From contig MU059000.1 of the NCBI GenBank assembly GCA_013265495.1, forward strand, positions 2,088,118 to 2,152,117: a stretch of 64,000 bases of DNA. The letters are read 5' to 3'. The notes under the pieces are model-generated. The model was not told the origin of the DNA, did no database searches, and saw only the letters and a program-made list of their open reading frames with translations. A program made the position numbers and the translations under genes. Below, in pieces: positions 11,430-21,882 of the stretch (within the stretch, counting starts at the first letter, position 1; each line of letters opens with the position of its first letter). The stretch comes from Vicugna vicugna (Eukaryota).

Positions 11430-12070
11430 CACAGCATACGTCTGAGAACAACTGAAGTCCCCCGAACTGACAACATCCACTGCTGGCCAGGGCGGAAGCA
11501 GCGGGACCTCTCATTCGTTGCTGGTGGGAATGCAAAACAGGACCGCAGTTTGGAAGATGGCCGGGCAGTTTCTCACAGAGCTGAACACAGTCTTGTGACT
11601 CTGCCATCATGTTTCTAGGTATTCATCCAACTTACGTCCACAACAACCACCTTTATGTGAACGTGTACAGCGCCTTTAGTCATCACTGTCAAACACAAGG
11701 AGCACCCAAAAAATATGATTCAATAGGTGAATGGATAAACAAACTGCAGTACATCCGAGCACTGGAATATTACTCAGGGATGAAAAGAAATGGGCTATCA
11801 ATCCACCAAAAGACACGGTTGAGTCTTAGTCCCTATAACTAAGGGAAAGCATCCAGACAGAAGATGCTACACACTGTCCGCTTCCAGTCGTAGGACATTT
11901 TGGAAAAGGCAAAACTGTAACAAAGGTAAAGATGAGTGCTGACAAGGGTTTGGGGAGGCTCTGAATAGGCAAAGCACAGGAGTTTTTTTTTTTTAGGGAG
12001 GTTAAACTATTCTCTATTATGCCATAATTGTGACTTACCAAATCATACATGCTTACATAACAGTTTATAC
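11430..12070 (+). mobile_element. Old L1MC/MD-like ORF2 end and 3' UTR
   Basis: GCTGGTGGGAATGCAAAA, GAATGGATAAACAAACTGCAGTACATCC...GGAATATTACTCAG, GGAAAAGGCAAAACTGTA. Confidence 0.75.
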
Positions 12071-13139
12071 AACACTACATGCACACATATATACATAGCA
12101 ACGGAGCACAGTGACTTGCGGGCTTTGAACAGAAGTCTTAAACTATGAATGTTAGTCTGGATAACCCGGATATCATGAGCCAGGTCACAGACAATCCGGG
12201 CCCAGGAAGGCAAAGGTGTTTCCTTCTCGGGTCTTCTAAACCCGTTTGGGATCAAGGCAAACTATGTTCCCTAACCAGCCTCGGCCATCCACCCCCCGCC
12301 CCCTCAGTCTCCTCCGAATCCTCCTGGTTGTTAAACTCCATTAGCAGGACTTAGGGAGTCTACCACCCTTTCTTGGGAGGAGGTGCTCTTTGCAATTGCC
12401 TTATACAAAGTAAGTCCTCCATACATGTTTGTTCTGAAGGTCTGTCACATATTACCTGACCCTTGCAGGGCCTCTTATCCTGCCTTCATCACTAGCCAGT
12501 GGATGCGAAAATCCCTCCGGATAGCTCCAGGCTGGGTGACTGATAATATGCAAAAGAAAACATCTTAACTTGGAACCAGAAATTTGCATATGATTGCCCC
12601 CTCTCCCCTGCTGTCAGCACCTGCCTTCCTAATGGGGGCTGGAGGGGGGCATGTGGAAGGGAAGCTCCGAGCTTACACTTCTCTGGGGACCCTCAGGCTG
12701 ACTTCTGAGACCCCCCCAAACCCTCTTCACCTCGCACTTTATCAACTTAGTACATTTCAAGTTTGGTTTCTGAGTGAATGAGACTAAACAAGGAGCTAAA
12801 AGTCCCCCGATTACTAGAAGAACAGGCACTGCTTAGATCCGAGTGTTCAGACGTGCAGGTCACTGCTGCAGCCTGGAGACCTGCTCCCTCAAACATAGAT
12901 GACATTCCCCAAGTGCTGAAGCCAAAGAAGGACTTGAAGATGACAGTAAGAGAATCACCCAGAATTCATGGAAAATCTGTAAACCCTGGAGCTTTGCCTT
13001 CTAGCCAGACACCAGGCAGTGGCTTGAAGGAAAGAGCCATCGTCTCGTTGAGGGCATGCTGCCCCGGTGGCCTCAGTGGCACATTGCAGGCTCACCCCCA
13101 ACGAATAATAACATGACAGTGCTGTCCCCGCCAGGAGCT

Positions 13140-13400
13140 CAGTCCCTCCCCGGCCCGCGAGCCCGCGCGCCAACGCCACCAGCCACCACTCCCTGCGATG
13201 CTGCGGCCCCGTCCTGTGGGGTTCCTGGACGGCAGGCCGGGTCACAGGCAGAGGGCATCTGGGAGACCGCCCCCACTGACAGCTCGCTGAGAGCCGGGAA
13301 CGCGGGCTGCTGGTGGTCGTTCCTACTGGGAGGAGCTTTTCCTTTGCTGGGACTATTCTCTTTGAGGGAGACGCCCAAAACGGGCGCCGGCTTGAAGTCA
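13140..13400. promoter_or_regulatory. Small CpG-rich patch
   Basis: Local CpG enrichment (CCCGGCCCGCGAGCCCGCGCGCC, CGGGAACGCGGG). Confidence 0.35.
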
Positions 13401-13487
13401 GACGGAATTATACCTGAGTCTGAACCTGTGATAAACACATACATACGTGTAACACACTGAAGTCACAGCAAAAATCGAATAGTCAAA

Positions 13488-13601
13488 GGGGGGAGGGCAT
13501 AGCTCAGTGGTGGAGCATGTGCCTAGCATGCACGAGGTCCTGGGTTCAATCCCCAGTCTCTCCATTAAAAATAAATAAATAAATATACCCAACCCCCCTG
13601 A
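13488..13601 (+). mobile_element. vic-1-like SINE with 17-bp TSD
   Basis: Head GGGGGAGGGCATAGCTCAGTGG...GGTTCAATCCCCAG. TSD CAAAAATCGAATAGTCA (13469-13485) and CAAAAATCGGACAGTCA (13602-13618), 2 mismatches. Confidence 0.92.
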
Positions 13602-14721
13602 CAAAAATCGGACAGTCAGTAACATTGACATTTCGTAAGCTTCATAAGAAGAAACAGAACGTTACAGATCCACTTGAAAAGTCCCCATTCCCCACCCTTC
13701 CGTCCCTCCCCGGAGGTAGCTACTAGCCTGAATTTGGGGATTACGTGTCTTCCCCATCCCTGTTCTTACACTTTAATCATGTCTCTATCCACAAACAACA
13801 CGGAGCAGTACTTAGGGTGTCTTTAATCTGCATACATCGCACTGTAAACACCAAAACGAAGACCTACTCTCGGCAGTTGTTTTAACAATTAGAGGAGGGG
13901 CATCATGTTTTACCTGTTTTAAATTCATTATTTCGAATGTAATTACCTTGTCAAAGATACTACCTGCACACAGAACTAAAGCCAAAGGGCAAGATACACT
14001 GCAAAGCCCTCTCTTTTCCTCTGCACCTGCCCAACCACACGGTTCTTCCCAAAGCGACCTCCTCCGCCTGCACCTACGTGGCTATAAGGGAAAAGTGTGT
14101 CCACGTTTTGTGCGGCCTTTTTAAAACTGAGGGAACTGCCCATGTAAGCTCTGTCCCTCTGCCTTTCAAGAGAACGCTCCCCCTCTCCCTAGGATCCCTC
14201 CTGAAGGTCCCTCCCCCCGCCACGCCTGCCCTAGGGAGCGTGTCCTTCCCCAGGAGACTTCCGACCCCTCTCCAAGGCAGAGAGTTGATAACGATGTGGA
14301 GGCCACTGAGTTCAATTAGCCAAGGTGCCTTTGTCTGTTGAAGCGAGAAAGGCGTACGGATAAAGAACGCAGCACGTGATAACATACAATCACTAATTTC
14401 TCCCCGGGGGCTAAGATTTAGGCCAAAATCAGATTGCTCGTGGAAGAAAAACTAAAACTAAAACTGCAACCCCCATGAAAGGCCTGGAGGACTGGAGAAC
14501 AGTTACTCTCCTGTGAAGAGACTCTGAACCCCTTACACCCTCAAAAAGTGGGCACGCCTGGCATTCTCCTTATTCCCTGCTAGATGTGCATTTTCTACTG
14601 CCATTCACAGTGTCTGCTAGACAGTGTTAATCCATACCTATGTCTAAAAACTGCAAAGTATTTACAAGTTGCAAACCCCTTGGTACTGGAAAGCCTCTGA
14701 TGGGCCTTCAAAACTGTCCAG

Positions 14722-15162
14722 CTCTCTCCGCCACCTTCCCAGGCCCCACGATGCTGGGTGTGAACGTCCTGGCTGACGCTCTCACGCACATCAACCGCTC
14801 CTTAAAGAGAGGCAATCCCCAGGATGCTATCAGGCAGTGCTCAAAAGCCGTGGTCAGGCCCCCGCTGTGATGGGGAAGGGTGGTTACACTGGCGCATTTG
14901 AAACCATCAATGACCACGGAGCTGGATAAATTGTTCCAAACCCGATGGGCCCAGATCTGACGTGCAGCTCAAAGCTCTCAAGAAAATGGCAGAATAACCT
15001 GCTCCCATCTCTTCAGTGTGGTTTCCACTCTGCTACCAACCCCAGCGGGCATCACGGACCACGTGGAAGCAAGATGAAAATACACAGGAGGAAAAATCCT
15101 GGGACCCTCTGGCTAGGGATATAATACGTATGTGTAAATAAAATGCCTCAATGGAAAACAAA
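14722..15162 (+). pseudogene. RPS15A: Processed pseudogene of 40S ribosomal protein S15a
   Basis: ATG at 14751 gives MLGVNVLADALTHINRSLKRG, matching [21 protein letters not shown]. Later fragments match GYIGEFEIIDDHRAG, DVQLK, WQNNLLPS and TGGKILG. No introns; pyrimidine-rich 5' leader; stop at 15114-15116; AATAAA 15137-15142; A-rich tail. Disabled by a frameshift near 14860, TAA 14927, a deletion of about 27 nt near 14950 and TGA 15075. Confidence 0.95.
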
Positions 15163-15427
15163 CAAACTTGTCTAGTGTAAACGACACCTCCCAGTTGATC
15201 ACCAGGCTGTTCACAGAACAATCTTTCACACACCCATTGGCAGCATTCCAAGCACTTAGGCAGATGCCTTGGGGAGCACAGAAAATAGTATTTTTCCAAA
15301 GTCCTATTCCCCTTGATATTAAAAACCTTCACCATTTCAGAGAAATTGTATCTCATTCTTCTTAAACCACTTTTCTCCCTGAAATCAGCTGTCCTGTCCT
15401 GCCCAGGAGATCTTTGTTACTGTCCTA

Positions 15428-15670
15428 AGCCTGCACTGTCCAATACAATACTAGCTACATATAACTATTGAAATTTAAGTTAACTAAAATTTAGTAAGAT
15501 TTAAAATTGTGTTCCTCAGTCATGCTGGCTGCATTAAAAGTGCCCAGTAGAAGGCAACTTTTTATTTTTCCTTCTGTTAACAGGAAGTTAGTGGCTACCG
15601 TATTACACAGCACAGATAGCCATCATCACTAGAAAAGTGATGAAAAGTTCTTTTCAAACAGCACCACTCC
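15428..15670. mobile_element. MER3/MER33-like hAT MITE
   Basis: GCACTGTCCAATACAATACTAGCTAC...TAAAATTGTGTTCCTCAGTCATGCTGGCTGCATT...GTGGCTACCGTATTACACAGCACAG. Confidence 0.7.
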
Positions 15671-16109
15671 AAAGGCACCTTTCTATTTTTCCTTCCTCTT
15701 TTAATCAGGAAGTTACATTTCGGCATAAAGTAAATGAGTTTTCAAAAAGCTAGAGGTTACCAGATTGTTTCAAATGGCAGAAAATCTAAACCATAATAAA
15801 CTAAGACAAGACTTCTCTGCCCATTTCTGCTGGCTGAACACCAAGTCATCTTTCAAGATTCAGCCCTCCCCCAAAAGGCTTTCCTGACTCAGTTCAACCC
15901 CCAAGGGCCTCAACAAAAATGATCGCTGTCTCCCTCACGGAACTCTGTACGTGGGGTCCAGCAAGATTCCCAAATAAAAAAATACTTTTTTTTTCTACTT
16001 CACTGTCTCTACCTCTATCTTTATATCCTTAAGAGAAGGGACCTTAGCCCATCGGTCATTATAACTGTAGTGACATGGTTAAAAGTAAATCAAGACACTG
16101 GCTACATGT

Positions 16110-16205
16110 CCTGGGCACCAGGTTGTACCAGGAACATTGCTAGACTCTGGAGCGGTGGGTCGATATCCAGAAGCCATTCCCATCCCCCAGGAGCTCACAA
16201 CCTGG
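16110..16205. mobile_element. L2 3'-end fragment
   Basis: TGTACCAGGAACATTGCTAGACTCTGG...CCCATCCCCCAGGAGCTCACAACCTGG. Confidence 0.55.
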
Positions 16206-16289
16206 CATTTATTTTCTCAAAATGGGTTCAAGGTGTCATATGAACTCACTGAGTAGGACTCTGCTCTCCTAGAGAAATAAGGAGCATTC

Positions 16290-16650
16290 CACAAATTAAA
16301 GAATTCTTAAAATTAGTACGTGCCCCAAATAAGGAAAGAATCAGGAACCATCACAGCCAAGAGAGACTCCAGAGAGGTGACAACTAAATGTACCGTTGGG
16401 TCCCGGATGGGACCCTGGAACAGAATAAGGACATCAGATAAAAACTCGGGAATGTGAGTAGAGACCTCAGTTCATGACAACGTGTCACTCTTGGGTCATT
16501 CACGTCACAATGTCGTGACAAATTACACTAAGGGTAAGATATTAACATGGGGAAACGGTCGGGGGTACGCAGGGACTCCGTGCACTACTTTGCCAACATT
16601 TCTGTAAATCTAAAAAGATTCTGAAATGAAAAGTGTGTTAAAGAAAAAAA
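16290..16650 (+). mobile_element. L1MC-like 3' UTR
   Basis: GACAACTAAATGTACCGTTGGGTCCCGGATGGGACCCTGGAACAG...TTTCTGTAAATCTAAAAAGATTCTGAAATGAAAAG plus an A-rich tail. Confidence 0.75.
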
Positions 16651-16729
16651 ATTAATGTTCATTAAATAAACGCCGTTTCATCCTCATGAAGAAAGATTCT
16701 GGCATGAACTGAGGCTAATGCAAAACATC

Positions 16730-17640
16730 CTGGAGGCCGGGAAGTACCTGTAGCACGACGCCACGCCACCCACGTCCCCGTCGCGAAGGCGTGCTTGGCC
16801 CGCTGCGGTCACACGGCGCCGTCCTTCGCAGGAACACAGTGCGGTCGCGAACGGTCCCCGCTCTCTGCACGGAAATTATTTTCTTGTTTTCAGCCTGGTC
16901 CCTTTTTCAACAGTTTGCAAGAGGCTATGAAAAAGTCAACCTGTGACAGCGCGGGGAGGGGTGACGTCGGGAGCGACGGACGGAACGCAGAGCCAGTGGA
17001 ATCGGGGAGGCCGCGGGTCCCACGCGGGAAGGTGCGCGCAGCCCCCTGCGGCGCGGCCCCGGCGCGGCTGTGGGGGGAGCCGGACTCTGCCCGCCGCGCG
17101 GCGATGCCGGCCCGCGCTCTGCCCCGCAGGACGGAGGCCCGAGGCCCTTTACAGCCCGGGTGGTCGCCTTCGCCTGAGGACCGCTGTCCCGGCGCACCTT
17201 CCACGGCCGCCACGGCGACCCTGCCGGCTGTGTCGCGCACTCCCAGGGCACAAAGCTGAACTCGCCCCGTCCCACCGCACACGCGCACCTGCACGTGCGC
17301 ACACGCACGCACATGCCAGGTGCGCATGCGTATACATGCGCACACGCGCATACGCAGGTGCACACACGCACGGACACGTACACCCGTACGCACACACGCG
17401 CACGCGCCCAGTGGCTCGGCGCTCCTCCTGCCCCGCGCGCCCGCAGCTCGCATCCGCGCCAGGTACGAGGCCCTGGGGCACAGCTGTCCACCTGCCTACG
17501 AGCCCGGCCCCAAGGAGCCGCGGTCCAGGTGAGAGGTTTGGCTGATCGCGATGCAGCGCGCTAAGGCAGGGGGCGAGCAGGGGTGGAAATACTCCCCTTC
17601 CATGCAGGAGTCTGTGCTGGGCATCCCCGGCATCATTCAT
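16730..17640. promoter_or_regulatory. CpG island with alternating purine-pyrimidine tract; candidate promoter
   Basis: Dense CpG, NRF1-like TGCGCATGCG at 17321-17330, E-box CACGTG at 17292-17297, strong plus-strand donor CAG|GTGAGA at 17529. Confidence 0.7.
17276..17407. repeat. Degenerate (CA/CG)n alternating purine-pyrimidine tract
   Basis: About 130 bp of mostly RY alternation, read directly. Confidence 0.9.
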
Positions 17641-18844
17641 GGCCCGAGGACTGAGTCTTCAGCGTATCCAGAATTACCGCTCTTGGCCTGAAAGTGTGTG
17701 TGTATAGTGAATGTTGTATAGAATTTACCATGCAGCTCTGTTTTAAGTGAGTTAAATAAAGATGAAAATGCTTTGTGTGGCTGGCATATGCTCAGTTATT
17801 ACCTGAAGAGGGAAAATGTCCCTCACCAAGTCACGGGTGGTCAGAGGAGCTGGCATGGCAGTTGAGACTTGAAGGCTAGATTGGTAGCATCCAGTGTTCC
17901 CCACAGAATGAAAGGGCTAGAAAAGGAGCAGCCAAGGTAAGTGCCTGGAGTGGGAGACTGGAGGGCTGGGGAGGCTATAGGTGACCTGGAGGAAGCACAC
18001 AGCCTGAGGTGGGGGACAAGCCAGCCACCAGGATCAGAAGGAGAAAGGCCAGAATCTTTCTAATCAGGCGGCTCACATTGCTCCCACATTCTTACCCACC
18101 AGCTCAGTTAACAGTTATTTCTTCCACTAAATTCTACTTCACTTAACGTGACAGCTCAGAATTTGTGACCTGGATTTAATGACCTTGGCAAATATCTCAT
18201 TTAGATGGGAAGGCTCTAGCGGAAAGGATAGTGCTCGATTTTTCTCTGGGGCGTTGTCACACTGTCTTTCATATGATTGGTGCTCAGGAAACATTTCTTG
18301 GATAAATAAGACAATTAGAGAAGCCAAGAGTTTTATAAGTAAAGCATGCTGTGTTTACAGTGTTCATCTGTTGCTCTGAGGATTCTAAGTCCGACTAAGT
18401 TGGTTTGTCTTATATTTTTTGAGACCGCCCTGATTTATTTCAAATGCTTAGCACAGCATACACATACACGGATTGATTTCTCTCTAAGTCCGTTTTCTGT
18501 GTGTATAACAGCTTTACACAGTCAATCTTTCCAGCACATAGATGCTTCTGGTCCCTGCAGTCAGTCTCTTGGGCACATTCTTCCAGGGCATTCCGGGCAG
18601 ATTCCTACCCTTCCAGGTGGCAAAGCTGCTGTTTCTTTTTTATTGCCCCAGGCGAGAAGTCTCAGGAACACTTCCCATCCCTCCCAGTAAATTAACATCT
18701 ATTCATTTGTTCACCGAGCTATTTCTAAATATTTTCTATCTGCTGCATCCTGTGTCTAGACAAAAGAATATATAAATAGGTTAGAAAATTCCCACCCATG
18801 AAGACTTTCCCATGTGATTCAGAAGATGAGAAATGAAGGATTTT

Positions 18845-19612
18845 ATCATAATAAAAGAGACAANNNNNNNNNNNNNNNNNNNNNNNNNNNNNNNNNNNNN
18901 NNNNNNNNNNNNNNNNNNNNNNNNNNNNNNNNNNNNNNNNNNNNNNNNNNNNNNNNNNNNNNNNNNNNNNNNNNNNNNNNNNNNNNNNNNNNNNNNNNNN
19001 NNNTGGAGGGAACTCTTAATTCAAAAAGATACATGCACCCCAACGTTCATAGCAGCACTATTTACGATAGCCAGACAGATNNNNNNNNNNNNNNNNNNNN
19101 NNNNNNNNNNNNNNNNNNNNNNNNNNNNNNNNNNNNNNNNNNNNNNNNNNNNNNNNNNNNNNNNNNNNNNNNNNNNNNNNNNNNNNNNNNNNNNNNNNNN
19201 NNNNNNNNNNNNNNNNNNNNNNNNNNNNNNNTAAGTGAAGTAAGTCAGACAGAGAGACAAATGTCGTATGATATCACTTACATGTGAAATCTAAAAGAAT
19301 GGCACAAATGAACTTACAAAACAGAAACAAACCCACAGACTAGAAAACAAACTTATGGTTACTGGGGATAATGGATGGGAGAGGGATAAATTAGGAGTCT
19401 AGGATTTGCAGATACACACTACTATACATAAAACAGATAAACAACAAGGTCCTACTGTTTAGCACAGGGAACCACATTCAGTATCTTGCAAAAACCTATC
19501 ACGATAACATGAAAAAGAACATATATATGTATAACTGAATCAATGTGCTGTGCACCAGAAACTAGCACATTGTAAATCAACTATACTAGAATTTTAAAAA
19601 AATAAAATAAAG
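18845..19612 (+). mobile_element. Cetartiodactyl-type L1, ORF2 C-terminus and 3' UTR
   Basis: ORF track shows QKDTCTPTFIAALFTIA. Complete 3' UTR with A-rich tail. Two masked blocks (18864-19003, 19081-19231). Confidence 0.9.
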
Positions 19613-20389
19613 AAGTCAGATGGTACCAGTTATAACTCTTATAAGAGGGAAGAAATCTGTCTGTGAACAACTGCGATTAAGAGAAGCTCCAGGATAAACT
19701 GGGATCTGAAGTGGGTATTGGTGTCTGGTTAGGGTTTGGAGAGAGAAGAGGAGTGAGTGTTCAAGACTAAGACAACAGCCAAGCAAAGACAAGATCAGCG
19801 CTAGCGCCGAGTGCTGTGGGCAGGCCGCGATTCCCACGGGGCACAGTGGGGAGGGTTTGGGAAGGTGAGCTGGAGTCAGTGAGCCCCAGATTTCTCTCAG
19901 TGGGTGATAAGCAACCTCTCTCAGTGGGCGGTTTTGACCCTGGTAATCTGCCAGCAAAGCTCAAAATGGGCAGAGTGAACAGAGAAACTCTCAATTTCCT
20001 TTAAAATGACGGGCTCCTTAAAATGATTGATGCAAAAATTTCTAAGGGTCTTTTTTTTTCATTGTCCTTTTAGTTGGGTCACATCAGCATGGAGGAAGAC
20101 CACAAAGAGTCTTCCTTGTTGTACACGTTGACGAAAAGTCCTCACTGGAACAAGACACATTGTGTTTGATGACATTCAGATTTTCATCGGGAAAAATACC
20201 GAGCTGTGACCGCGGTATAAATGTGTACTCCAAGGGACAATCGCTTGGAAATTTAAAGAGATCCTGGATCCAGCACCAGTGCCCCCCGGACCTTTCTTTG
20301 AAACCCTCTGAGCTCAGACACTGCATCCCCATTAGCATCATACGCAGCCAGCGAGGGTCTGGTGCCGGGGAGTTCCTGGGCCAGTTGCT

Positions 20390-20720
20390 GCAAGAGAAAA
20401 GCGCTTTAGCGCGTCCATCCCCCCCGCCGCCCCACAGGCCGGCCGCGCACCAGCCGCCGGGGCAGGGACAGCGCTCCGTCAGGGCCCGCCGTCCGCTGGA
20501 GGCACCTGCAGCCGCGGGCGATCCGGCCGGATGTTCTCCTGTTCCAGCTGCTGAATCCCTGACCCCGCAAGAGAGCGGCCCGCGCGCTCGGCTTCTGTGG
20601 GTGTTTGTTCGTGAAGGTTCACAACGGCGCCCACAGGCTGACGGCCGCCCAGGCCGTAGCGGGGCGCCTCCCTCGCCGAGGGCTGAAGGAGACATCCCGA
20701 GCAGGTGGCCCGACCTGACT
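20390..20720. promoter_or_regulatory. Small CpG island or candidate enhancer
   Basis: High CpG and GC relative to the flanks. Confidence 0.5.
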
Positions 20721-21882
20721 TGAGGGAGAGGGCAGGCACTACAGTTCTTCAATGCTAATATGCGCATTTCCCCACTTTTTGACATACCTGAGACTAGGAT
20801 GTGTCCCACAGTCAACAGCAGGTCACGGTGTCACTGGGAACCTTGTTCCTCTTCGTCCGTGGCATATAAAACACGGGGCACCCTGCAGTCCTTCACCACC
20901 TCTCAGGCTTGTTGCAGTTTGGTCCCCAAGCCAGAAATCTGCACAGCCATGATAGTGGCCAAACCTTGGCGATCTCGCCTCTGTAATGCCACCTGCGTAC
21001 ACAGCTGGCTCTGTTTCCTCTGCTCCAAACCTTGTCCTTTCCATCTTTTATCCACCCCTCAACCGGGCAGATCTTTCCAAAACCAAATTTGCTTATGTGA
21101 CCTTCCTTCAAGACAAAGTCTAAACACGGCAAGCAGCACGGTGCCCAAGGCCTCTGAGCTCCGGTCTCCACCGCTGCCCTTTCTCCGCCGCCTCCACCCT
21201 TGCCCTTGGCTATCTCCCAGCTTATTTTATGGAATCTAAGACGCCATGAGTGGTAAGTCACACCTTTATTTTATGGAACATTAAGAAAGAAAAAGACTCT
21301 CAATCAAATGGGAACATGCTGTCTTAGGCCAGGTTCCCCAGGAAAAAAGCCTCTGCGGAGATTTGAGTGCTGACGGTTGACTGGCGAAGGCTCCCCAGAA
21401 CAATAGGGGCGGCAGGATGGAGGAGGAGGAGACGGAGAGGCTGATCTGTGATGAATAAAAATGGAGGCCTGGCAGCCCCCAGGGAGCCCTGCGCCCGTGG
21501 CCCTGCAGGCGGTCCCGCCTGAAGGCGGGGGAGTAGGAGCTCTGAACCCCACAGAGCCCAGTCACCGAGTGGGAGGTGTAGCCTTGGGTGGGGCAGCTCC
21601 CTCCAACAGAAGGCAAACCCCAGGATGGGGTGCCCAGCGGAGAGCTGTCCCCGTCAGCTCTCCAAGAGATGAACCTGAAGAGGGGGATGTGGGCAGCACT
21701 GGCCTCATCCACCACAAAAGCGTCCATCGCACTGGACATCTTCAAGTCAGTTAAACGTGGTATGTGTGGAATTGATTCCTTTCCTGCCGACACATTCAGA
21801 GTTACTGTTGATGCTTCCAACAAAGCATCCCCATAATGCAGAACAGAGGGCGGTCACAGAGGAAAAGGGATACACCTAGCTT

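Noticed and set aside
20084-20815. 243-aa ORF, and similar long ORFs at 831-1451, 16890-17545, 36034-37016, 47280-47861 and 49587-50311
   Set aside because: Low-complexity Pro/Arg/Gly/Ala translations with overlapping ORFs in several frames and no recognisable domain. This is expected from stop-codon depletion in GC-rich DNA.
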